Shown: piece after piece, positions 43,786-54,887 of the stretch | Layout: each line of letters begins with the position of its first letter | Position numbering within the stretch: position 1 is the stretch's first letter | From: the human T2T-CHM13v2.0 reference genome, Homo sapiens | Direction: 5' to 3' (one strand) | Length of the DNA: 64,000 nucleotides | NCBI RefSeq assembly: GCF_009914755.1 | Contig: NC_060926.1 | Program-made: the position numbers and the translations under genes | Notes under the pieces: generated by a model | Database searches by the model: none | What the model was told of the DNA's origin: nothing | What the model saw: only the letters and a program-made list of their open reading frames with translations

Positions 43786-46700
43786 TTTCTGGCTTTTAAT
43801 GACTAACCGAATCAGCATTTGGCATTCTAAAATATAACAAATGTTAAAAGCAAAATAAATTTTCCTTTTATACATATGTTTGAGCTTTGGAATTTTTCTT
43901 CTAGGGTTTACAAAATTTCACTTTCTGCTTACATACCTCTCAACAAAGAATTAATAGTTTAAAGCATTGATAAGACATACTAATGAGATAACAAGGTATA
44001 AAATATTACTAACATTGTTATGAGGCAAAGTGCACTTTACTTAAACTTATTTTCTTCAGTTACTTAAAGAAAACTCCTTTAATCATTCTAATACGTTTTG
44101 AATTTTATTTACAGATCACATAAGATGCCTTCCCAATAAGCCGAGGAAGTAGCTGTGTTTGCATCTGAGAAATATCTAGACTTCTTAGTACATACAGACC
44201 TAGAGCAGATCATTCCATTAAATACTCAAGAACAAGCCTGGTAAGATTTTCGAAAATGCAGGTATTGAGACCAACTAAATAGAATGGGGATTTTGCATGA
44301 ATTTGCTCAAGGAATTAAGGGTTAGGAATTAAATGATGATTAGAGCTATAAGGAAATGTGTAGATAATTCTCTCGTTCTGTCATTCTAAGGAAAAAGCTA
44401 TGATTTTTGCTTGGTTATTTACAAATAAAATTAGCTTAACAAAGTTCATAGAAAAATTATCTAAACATACTAGCCTAGCATGCAGCTACCTCACTTGGGA
44501 CCAGATATTCAGCCACTCATAACATGCTCTGGAATTCTTGGAATCTTCAAGTTGGAAATCTGATTGGGCAGTTGAGACTACAGGTTGGAGAGCCTCTGGA
44601 TTTCATAACTCCTTGAAAAATATGAAGATGTATTATTGCCACCATGTGTAAATGCCTCAAATTTAATGCTGAGGGTAGTTTGACTCTTTTATTTGCAAAT
44701 AACAAAAAAACTTGTCAACGTATCTCAAATAATTTAGAAGTTGTAAGAATCAACATTGTGGTGCATACATACTAAATTCTCTTTCCAGTCCATCTACTCC
44801 AAAAACTACCCTCTTTTAACATGGGTGTCACTCCCCACATCTTTGTTCTTCCCAAGGAATCATCAATGGTACACCTAAAAAAGGTAGACTAATCAAATAT
44901 TTTTTCCTATGAATAAATAATTTTAAACTAAATGATAGACTGGTTTTGCAGGACCTGTGTTATATTAATGTTAGCATATTAAGGAAAGTTTTATAAAATT
45001 TTGCTTTTCCCCTGTCTGGTGGCCCAACTCTTTGATGGAATGGAATATATAATAGGCCTAAGTGTACCACGATAAATTCATATTTTTACATAAGTCATTT
45101 GTAACCAAAAGAATCTTAAATTACACGTATGGACATGCAAATTTATAAAATGCTGAACAATCAAAGCTGAACAACATGAACTGAGAGAAATATGAAACCT
45201 GAATAAAACTGGAATCTATGGAAATACTGACTCTAAAATTTTCACTCCATGCTCCACCATTGATGAGGCTCAGCTAAATTTGTAGTCCTTCTTTGGGTAA
45301 ATTTATGATAGGATATCTCAACCTCTACTATTAATTTTTCCACTGAAGCAGAATTTCAGCTTTTTAGAAATTATTATTTGTTGTAATCCCTTATAGTCCT
45401 GACTTTCTACCTATGACTTCTTCTTAGCTTACATTCTCATTGCTAACTTGTTTTCATTTTCATCAAACTAGTTAAATGTCTAAGAAGGAAAATTGCTATT
45501 TCTTGTCTCGGTTGCCATGGATAGGTGGCCAACCAGTGGACTGACTGCCCTTAAGTTAACTGATGGTCCCTTGTAGATTCAACTGTGAGAACTCAGTGTT
45601 TGTAGAGTTCACCCATTTCACCATAGTCTAGGATATAACTGGCCTTTTTGAGGCCTGTCTAGTAAAATGGCAGAGTTATTAACCACAGAAGCCTTAGAAT
45701 TAGAAAGGGTTGAGCTTAAAGGAAAATTATTCCAAAGCTAAAATTAATTTTGTTTTAATATAGAATGGCAGCATAGTACCTTCCTTGATATTAGGGTTAT
45801 AATAATTTTTGCACTTACCAGATGTTAAGGTTTTGACTTAGCCACTAAATATTGAATATCATCATAGAGATCCAAGATTACATAATTTCACAGATAAATT
45901 ATTCTTGCTGTTGGTTTACAGTTGACTAGCCACAATTTTTAGCCTGTTGTCATCAAAACATTTAGGTCACCAGACAACTGCTGCTCCTCTAGATATATTT
46001 ATATTGTTGGCCAAAACTAGGAAGGAAAGTACAAGAGACCTTATCCTTGTGGAACTTTGTCTTTTTATTTGAGAATAAAAGCCTCTTTTAGAATTTGTAT
46101 CTACACAGCATTGGTCAAAACTATGTCATATGGCCATCTGTAGCTATGATGGACACTGAGAGGTCAAATAATTTGCCTTCTCAGTCAGAAGTATAAAGGA
46201 AGATAAGAGAAAGGAGTTATAAATGGCTTTGGGAAACCTAACCACAGTATCTGCCTCAACAATATTAAGTTCCTCAGAAAATGGAAGATTCTAGTAGGAA
46301 GGGTAATGTCAGTAGATAAATGGAGTGGAATATGAGGAATGTGGTCTAGATATGTCCAATATTTCTCATGTAAAAAAATACCTGATTTCAGAAAAAATTA
46401 TTTGGTTGCTTTTCAGCTGCATTTTAAATCTTGTAAGCTGAAGATGCATGTATCCAGGTGTCTTAAAATCACAATAAATGTATTTTGTAATGCATATGAA
46501 AAGATAAAGCCTCTCATGAATCTTAAATTTATTGTTAGATGTTTGTTTTGTCTTGCTTGAAAAACACATTTATTTATTAAAATGGGTAAATATCAGAGTC
46601 CCATAGAACAATGAAACAATAAGCTATAATCCAAATGTGGATTAATCAAACTAAATGTGGATGGTTTGTATACATTACTTAGTCCAATGTTGCATAAAGT

Positions 46701-47294
46701 GGAACTCTACATCTAAACACTTCTTACAATAAATATATCATTGACTAAAATATAGTACTGTTTTTAAAAATTGTTTTATAGCACAAATGAACAACTCAAC
46801 GGCATGTTCCCTATCTTAAACTTTAGTAAACTGTGTAATTTATTGATAACTTTGTGTGAAATAGAATATTCCAACAGCCCAAAGCAGGCTCCAAATCCTT
46901 TTAAAAATTTTTTTCTCCAAATTTCTTTGTAGCCATGCTGCCACCAAGGATTCTAACTTCCTTCAAATTGCTCATGTAGCATGTGGCCTGGCCTTGCTTT
47001 CTCCAGTCTCCTTTTTATGTTGCATTTTGTTGGAGGGACTTTGAATTTCTCTCTACTTATTACAAAGAGTTGTTCCCCAGCTCCTATCTAGTACTTACAT
47101 CCCCACACCAATCATATTGCTCTGGAAACTCTCTCCAATTAACAGTATCTACTCTTCTTAGAAAGCAAGGAGAAGTTATAAATAGGATTTCATTTGTTAA
47201 ACTAGAAAATCAATCTTATCATTTCCCTTTAATAATTTTCTCTTCCACTAACTCACTACCTCATCTGCATGTATCTTGATCATTTTTCACTGGA

Positions 47295-47685
47295 GAAGTA
47301 ACCAATGAAATAAAAAATAGGAAATAAATAGATGAAACAGAAAGCCAACTCTTTGAAAAGGCCAACAAAATTGATAAATCTCCCGGCAAAATAACAAACA
47401 AAAAAGAGAAATAATATAAATTATGAATATTAGAAATGAGAGTATCATAATTAATCCCATGGACATTAAAATAATAAAGGAATATTATAAACAATAGTAT
47501 TCCCACATAGATAAAATGGACCAATTCCTTAAAGACACAATCTATAAAACTTATACAAGAAGAAATAGACTATTTGAATATCTATCAAAGAAATTGTATC
47601 AATAATTAACCATCTTCCAAAATGGAAAGCACCAGTCTCAGATGACTTAATTGTTAAATTCTATCAGACATTTAAAGAAGAAATG
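47295..47685 (+). mobile_element. Old L1 ORF2 fragment
   Basis: ctttgaaaaggccaacaaaattgataaa...aaatggaccaattcctt...caagaagaaatagac...aattctatcagacatttaaagaagaaa; homologous to about 11390-11810 of the young L1 in this window. Confidence 0.75.
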
Positions 47686-48755
47686 ACATTGAGCACCTTT
47701 TCATGTACCTGTTGGCCATGTAAATGTTTTCTTTGGAAAAATGTCTATTCTGGTCTTTTGATCATGTTTTTAATTGGGTTATTTGGTTTTTGCTATTGAG
47801 TCATAAGTACTCCTTTTATATTTTGGTTATTAACCGCTTAGCAGATACATCGTTTGTAAATAGTTTCTCTCATTCCATAAGTGGCTTTTTCAATTTTACT
47901 GTTTTCTTTGCTGTGCAAAAGTTTTTTAGTTTGAGTTGTTCCACTTCCTTATTTTTGCTTTTCTTGCCTGTGCTTTTGGTCTCATGTCCAAAAAAATAAT
48001 TGCTGAAACAGTAAGATATCATCTCACACCTGTGTAGGATGGTTATTATTAGAAAGACAAGAGGTAAGAAAAGATGTGGAGAAAAGAAAACCCTTATACA
48101 ATGTTGGTAAAAATGTAAACTGGTATAGCCATTGTAAAAAGCAGTGTAGCAGCTCCTCAAAAAGATTAAAAAATTACCATGTAATCCCAATTCTGGTTAT
48201 ATAGGCAAAAATAAATAAACCAGTGTCTCATATATCTGCACATATTTCCACTCCTGTGGTCATTGGCAGCATTTTTCACAATCGCCGAGATATGGAAACA
48301 ACCTAAGCGTCCATCGATGGCAGAAAGGATAAATAAAATGAGGACATATAATGCACATTATTCATCCACAAAAAGAAAAAAATCCTCCATTTATGGCAAT
48401 ATGTATGATCCAGGAAAGCAATACGCTAAATGACATGAACCAGACACAGACAGACAAATACTGTTTGATCTCATATATATGTAGAATCTAAAAAATTTGA
48501 AATCATAGGAATAGAAAGAACAGCGTTTGTCAGGGGCTAAGGGATGGGGAAAATAGAGAGGTGTTTCCCAAAAGGTACAAACTTTCAGATATAAGACGAA
48601 TAAATTCTGGGGAAGCTAATGTACAGCATAAGTTGATGTGTTAACTAATGTGGTTGTGGCAATCATTTCACAACGTCTATGTATATCAAATCTTCACATT
48701 ATATGCCTTGAATATATACAATTTCTATTTTTCAATAAAAGATTTCAAAATAAAA
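47686..48755 (+). mobile_element. L1MA-like 3' element with an inverted 5' segment
   Basis: 47686-48003 is antisense late ORF2; 48010-48755 is sense ORF2 end plus 3'UTR ending in ttcaataaaa. Confidence 0.75.
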
Positions 48756-49187
48756 ATATGAATTATGCCAATTCTCTATGATTCACTTTTATGTAGGTTT
48801 AACGTAGAATATTGTTTCAAAAAATTAAAAGAAAGTTGAAATTTTGTTAGTAATTTCTCCTTAATTTTATTAATTTCTTAAGGCTTTTTGGAAATATGTA
48901 TAGTCTCCCTATTAAAGAAACCTATACCAATAAAAATTTGGATATATAAAAGAGAGAAAATGAATTATATATGAATATATTAGAAAAGACATATTTCTTC
49001 AGAATACCTCTCTTTTCAAGGTTTTGAGAGACTAATACATATAATGCCTGAAAACAGAGTAAGGAGAGAAATTATTCCTGAAGCAAACATTTCTGACTTT
49101 AAAAATAAGCTTTAAAAGAGTTAGATGTTACAAAGAAAACTAAATACACTAATGTTTTGGTAAGTCATATAGAGCCTGAAAAATGTC

Positions 49188-49591
49188 TCGATGGGCATTT
49201 TTTTTTAGTTCTGTTACAGTAAAGTGTTATCATTTTGTGTTTCTGCTTTTCTCAAAGTTGATTATAGTGTGAATAAATCAATATACAACATTTCTTAACA
49301 ATGACAATTGATGGAATTGCATATATTATTGCATACCATGAAAGTTCTATAATATTCAAAGTTATTAATGATTACTTAAATTATTTAAATAGTATGGATA
49401 ATATTTCTAGAAAAATATTGTAAAAATATTGCACCTCTCAAACTATTTTTTCTCTGCTGTGTGACACACAAACTCTCAGGTTCAAGGCGCTCTCATACAA
49501 ATTTCAGTTTTGCTAAACAAAACACTTTCTTTACTCTCAAAGAATATCTGAATGTCACTGAAGATGACATTATTGAAGAAATAACTCGAAT
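49188..49591 (+). repeat. Copy 1 of a ~400-bp direct duplication flanking the HERV-H fragment
   Basis: Aligns end to end with 51214-51630 (about 93% identity by manual count). Confidence 0.95.
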
Positions 49592-51213
49592 AAAGAAAAA
49601 GGAGCATTAACCTTGACTATGCCTTTAGCTCCAGCCACATTTTTAAGAGGAAATTGTTGGGCAGGTGGGGGAGGGCTAATCGCGGAACGAAACTGTAAGC
49701 CAGACCGGGTGTGATGAGGGGAGGCGATAGAAGGATTATAGGGTGGGGAAGTGGAGGCTGAGGAAGAATTGGGACCTGGCTCAGCCTGGCAAGGAGTAGC
49801 CTGGGGAGGAGGGGAGAAGTCAGATGGGTCCGTAGAAAAGGAGGATTCAAAAGACTCAGAGCTTGGGGTGGAGACTGAAGGAACAGACAGGAGAGAAAGA
49901 AGAAAGATTTGGGACTAGTCACATTGGGAGCAGAGAATAGGGAGGGACCAATGTGTAAAAGAATGCCTGGACGTCAGGCAACTCAGACCATTTGCCCATT
50001 TTACAACAAGAATTATCAGATCTTATAGGATGGAGAAATTGAAAGTGCCGTTTTCTGGCTTTTTGGAACCATTGTCGAGTTTGTACTGGGGTCAAGCGGC
50101 ATTGCAGAAGAAAATAAGGTGTTTAGGTTTTAGGTCAGGTGTGAGTTGAAGAGGTTTTAAGTTCTTGAGAACACAGGCTAAGGGAGAAGAAGGAGGAATG
50201 GAGGGTGGAAGTTTGCCCATAGTGAAGGAGGCAAGCCCAGAGAAAAGAGAGGGTAGAGACACAGAGAAGGGGAGTGGTGAGCAGCCCTGGGCTGCAATGT
50301 GGGTGAGCAGCCAAAGCAGGCATCCCCACAATTGAATTGCCACCAAGGGAATGTGGGTGAATGACCAAGGCAGGTGTCCCCACAGTGATCAGACACCAGT
50401 GGAGTGTGGGTGAATAATCAGGCAGGCATCCCTGCAGTGATTAAACACCAAGGGAAGACTGTCTTCCTGAGTCCATGACTGGCGCCGGAGTTTTGGGTCC
50501 ACGGATACAAAGTGTCTCCTTTGTCTCTACTAGAGAGGAAAAAGAACTGGAATTGGAAGGACAGGGAGATTGAAGGGTAGCAAGAGAGGCTGGAGAAGAA
50601 AGTGAAAAGACTGCTTACCTGATATGAAATTGGTGAGATGTTCCTTGGGCTGGTGGGTCTGAGGACCCAAGGTCATAGGTGGATTGCCTCACGGAGTGAT
50701 GATGAGGACAGGGTACCAGTCTCCTGAAGGAGTCTTCCTGTCCAGGTTTTGGCACCAAATGTCATGTGTGTCCCTGTGAGGAGACAACCAAACAGGCTTT
50801 GTGTGAGCAATAAAATTTTTTTTTTTTGGAGACGGAGTCTCACTCTGTCGCCCAGGCTGGAGTGCAGTAGTGAGATCTTGGCTCACTAGCAATGAAAATT
50901 TTCAATCACCTGGGTGCAGGAGGCTGAGTCTGAAAAGAGTCAGCAAAGGGAGATAGAGGTGGGGCCGTTTCATAGGATTTGCGTAGGTTGTGGGAAATTA
51001 CAGTCAAAGGGGCTTTTTCTCTGGCAGGCAGGGGTGGGGGGAGGGGGGTCACAAGGTGCTCATTGGGGGAGCTTCTGAGCCAGGAGAAGGAATTTCACAA
51101 GGTAATGTCATCAGTTAAGGCAGGAACTGGTCATTTTCACTTCTTTTGTGATTCTTCAGTTGCTTCAGGCCATCTAGATGTATACGTACAGGCTTGGGCT
51201 CAGAGGCCTGACA
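49592..51213 (-). mobile_element. Truncated HERV-H: 5' LTR plus about 1.17 kb of leader/gag
   Basis: LTR at 50760-51213 (minus strand starts tgtcaggcctctgagcccaagcc; LTR7B/7C-like variant with gcctgaagcaactgaagaatcac); PBS at 50740-50757; internal part collinear with 57937-59145 of the second provirus. Confidence 0.95.
50820..50887 (-). mobile_element. 5'-truncated Alu (3' ~60 nt plus tail) inside the HERV-H LTR
   Basis: ttttttggagacggagtctcactctgtcgcccaggctggagtgcag...gctcact; TSD agcaataaaatttt (50806) / agcaatgaaaatttt (50888). Confidence 0.9.
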
Positions 51214-51630
51214 TCAATAGGCATTTTTTTTTTTTTAGTTCTTTTACAATAAAGTGTTATCACTTTACATTTCTGCTTTTCTCAAAGTTAATTATAGTGT
51301 GAATAAATCAATATACAACATTTCTTAACAATGACAATTGATGGAATTGCATATATTACTACATACCATGAAAGTTCTACAATATTCAAAGTTATTTAAC
51401 ATTTACATAAAATATTATTTAAATAGTAGAGATAATATTTTTAGAAAAATATTGTAAAAATATTGCATCTCTCAAACTATTTTTTCTCTGCTGTGTGATA
51501 CACAGACTCTCAGGTTCAAGGCCCTCCCATACGAATTTCAGTTTTGCTAAATATAACAAAACACTTTCTTTACTCACAAAGAATATCTGAGTATCACTGA
51601 AGATGACATTATTGAAGAAATAACTTGAAT
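51214..51630 (+). repeat. Copy 2 of the ~400-bp direct duplication
   Basis: Begins immediately after the LTR terminus (...cctgaca|tcaataggc) and ends ataacttgaat. Confidence 0.95.
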
Positions 51631-52234
51631 CCACTTAAATATGTTTAAAATACAAATTATTCACTATATTATTTATTTTTTGAGAAAGAAGAAAATCGCT
51701 TTCAACACAATTCACAACTGATTGAGCAAAAACGTATAATACTTAATACAAAGATTAATTGTAATGACACTGTCTAAAGTATTACATTTTTAAAGAAAAG
51801 TGAGTTCTAATAAGACATACCTATTTTTAAAACACATATTAATTATACATATAGAATATATGAAAAACTACATTGATACCAACTCATATTCCTTTCATCA
51901 CTTTTAATTTTAATTTCAATGACTCAAGTTCTTATATTTTATTATTTCATAGCCTCTCTAGAATTATTTCTATTATTCTCCTTATAAATTTGAAATCCTT
52001 ACCAACTATGAGAAGTTGATATTTGATTATTACATTCCTGGAGACAAGATAATGAAAACATTCTTCAGCCACATATAAAGGAAATGAAAAGAACTGTAGT
52101 TAATTTTACATGAAATTCAAGGGAGAAAGGTAGAAAAACAAATGTTAGTGACTAAAGATATTCAGATACTGAAACATGTGCTATCGTCTATGAAAAAATT
52201 GCTTTTGTTTGTTTGTTTTTTTATCATTGAATAT

Positions 52235-52705
52235 TGCATTAGTTTGCTCAGGTTGCCATAATAAAGTACTACAAACTGAGTGGCTGAAAACAAATGCATT
52301 GTCTCATAGTTCTGGAGGATAGGAGCCCAAAATCAAGGTACAAGCAGGGCCATGTGCCCTCCAAAGTCTCTAGAGAAGAATCTTTCCTCATCTCCTTCTG
52401 CCTCTTGTAACCCCAGGGATTCCTTACATTGTGGCAGCACAATTCCCATATCTGCTCCCATCTTCATATGGCTGCCCTCCCTCTGTGTCTGTGTCTCTGC
52501 ATCTTCCCATGGGAGTCTCTCTGTTTTCTCTTCCCTTAAGGACACCAGTCATATTAGATTAGGGCTCACCCTAATCAACTGTGACCTTATATTAATTTGA
52601 ATATATCTACAAAGACCTTATTTTCAAAGAAAGCCACATTCACAGGTACCAGTGGTTAGGATTTTACCATATCCTTTTGGCAGGGGCACAATTCAATCCA
52701 TAAAA
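52235..52705 (-). mobile_element. MaLR solo LTR (MLT1B/MLT1C-like)
   Basis: tgcattagtttgctcaggttgccataataaagtactacaaactgagtggct...ggacaccagtcatattagattagggctcaccctaa...ggggcacaattcaatccata. Confidence 0.85.
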
Positions 52706-53074
52706 TATATTATTTACTGTTTTGTTCTGTAAGATATGGATTACATTAAAATAAAACTATGTAATGATAAATCATATATATTGTTATAAAAAAACAACTA
52801 GTATGACTTTGTCAGCATTATTTTTCAAAGCTTCTAAGGTCAAACAACAAAAGCATTAACAATGGAATTTTTGAGCTTTTTAAAATTAACTCAGATGGGC
52901 ATGTGCACAAAAAAGAATTAAGCTATTAAAACATGGTAAGAAGTCAACATATTTTAGAGGCCTAAGTCATGTCTTGGTCTTTCTCTGACAGATTCACTCT
53001 TTTTCTGTAATGCTAACTGTACTCATTTATGTATACCATAGGAGAGAAAGTAAAGAAAACTGGACTATCTAAGT

Positions 53075-53194
53075 TAGTGGTTCTCAAACTTTAGAAAATA
53101 CGTAAATCACATGAAGAGCTTGTTAAAACACAGATACAAGGTTTCTATCTACATATTTTCTGATTCCATAGTCTAGGGTAGAATCTAGGAATTT
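53075..53194 (-). mobile_element. MER5A, first part (resumes at about 59685-59737)
   Basis: agtggttctcaaactttag...aatcacatgaagagcttgttaaaacacagat...ttctgattcc...ggaatt; the remainder ...gaccacactttgaaaaga lies after the provirus. Confidence 0.7.
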
Positions 53195-53547
53195 GTACCA
53201 GTCTAGATTTAGTGTAGGACAGAGAAACGACTCTAGCCATTTTAAACAGAGAGGCATTTTAATAAAATTATATTTCCAAAATACTTAGAATTAATTAAGG
53301 AGTGATAATCAGGGGACTGCCACTGGACATGTGATTTCAAGAATATATTATTGCAGTGGCTGACAATCCAGTGGTTCAAATGCTGCCACTCCACACCACA
53401 GGTACCATCATTGAAAGGGGTAATGAACTAGCAGAATGCAGGGCCCAACCACTACCAAAATGTTTGATCTTCACAGCATGTGTGTCAATTGGCATCAACA
53501 CAAGCCAACAGAAATATTACTTGTCCCTCTGTTATATAGGTACACTT

Positions 53548-53961
53548 TTTCACTCGCGTCCGTGTGAAGAGACCACCAAACATCCTTTGTGTGAGCAACA
53601 AGGCTGTTTATTTCACCTGGGTGCAGGCGGGCTGAGTCCGAAAAGAGAGTCAGCCAAGGGAGATAAGGGTAGGGCCGTTTTATAAGATTTGGGTAGGTAA
53701 AGGAAAATTACAGTCAAAGGGGGGTTGTTCTCTGGCGGGCAGGAGTGGGGGTCACAAGGTGCTCAGTAGGGGAGCTTTTGAGCCAGGATGAGCCAGGAGA
53801 AGGAATTTCACAAGACAATGTCATCAGTTAAGGTAAGAACAGGCCCTTTTCACTTGTTTTGTGGTGGAATGTCATCAGTTAAGGCAGGAACTGGCCATCT
53901 GGATGTGTACGTGCAGGTCACAGGGGATATGATGGCTTAGGTTGGGCTCAGAGGCCTGACA
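53548..53961 (-). repeat. HERV-H 3' LTR (LTR7, 414 bp)
   Basis: Minus strand tgtcaggcctctgagcccaa...tataaaa...aataaa...gcgagtgaaa. Confidence 0.97.
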
Positions 53962-54887
53962 TTCCTGTCTTCTTATATTAATAAGAAAAATAAAATGAAA
54001 AAGTGGTAAAGTGTTGGGACGGTGAAAATGTTTGGGGGTGGTATGGAGAGATAATGGGCGATGTTTTTCAGGGCTGCTTTGAGCAGGATTAGGGGTGGCA
54101 TGGGAACCTAGAGTGGGAGAGATTAAGCTGAAGGAAGATTTTGTGGTAAGGGGTGATATTGTGGGGTTGTTAGAAGAAACATCTGTCATTTAGAATTATT
54201 GATGATGGCCTGGATACAGTTTTGTATGAATTGAAAAACTAAACAGAATAAGAGAAGGAGAAAAACAGGTATTAAAGGTGTAAGAATTGGGAGGACCCAG
54301 GACATCTAATTAGAGAGTGCCTAAGGAGATTCAGCATAGTCCTGCCAGCAAAGATTATTTATTTACTTTAAGAGTTAAGAGTGGCAGTTTGGGGATAGCA
54401 CCAGGAGATATCAGCTGTGCTGGCTTGGAGAAACAGTGTAAACTGGCAGTGTAAACAAGAGCAGGGCATGTATGAGTAGTTGAGAACGGTGAATAGGAGT
54501 ATGACTAGACAGAAGATAGTAGGGATGACAAGTTTTTTGGGGCACAGTCCAAGTTAGTCTGGTGTCTGGAATGAGACTGGGGCCTAATAAAAAGGAGTGT
54601 CCATACAGGAGCTCAAATGGGCTGTACCCTGTAGCATTCTGAGGACAGGCCTGAATTCTGAGAAGGGCAAGTGGTAAAAGTATTGTACAGTCCTTTTTAA
54701 GTTGGTGGCTGAGCTTGGTGAGGTGTGTTTTTAAAAGACCATTAGTCCATTCTACCTTTCCTGAAGACTGAGGACCGTAAGGGATATAAAGGTTTCACTG
54801 AATACCAAGAGCCTGAAAAAATGCTTGGCTGATTTGACTAATAAAGTCCAGTCTGCTATCGGACTGTATAGAGGTGGGAAGTCCAAA

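Noticed and set aside
50297-50450. Three ~54-bp spaced repeats resembling a CRISPR-like array
   Set aside because: They are degenerate tandem repeats in the HERV-H leader (two copies at about 58700-58795 in the other provirus), with no unique spacers and in a eukaryotic context.
49188-51630. The 400-bp duplication as an assembly artefact or as a pair of LTRs
   Set aside because: The copies differ by about 7% plus indels, lack TG...CA ends and LTR motifs, and copy 2 runs directly on into unique flank.
53962-54887. HERV-H env gene
   Set aside because: Under 1 kb separates the integrase fragment from the 3' LTR and there is no env-length ORF, as expected for the deleted HERV-H form.
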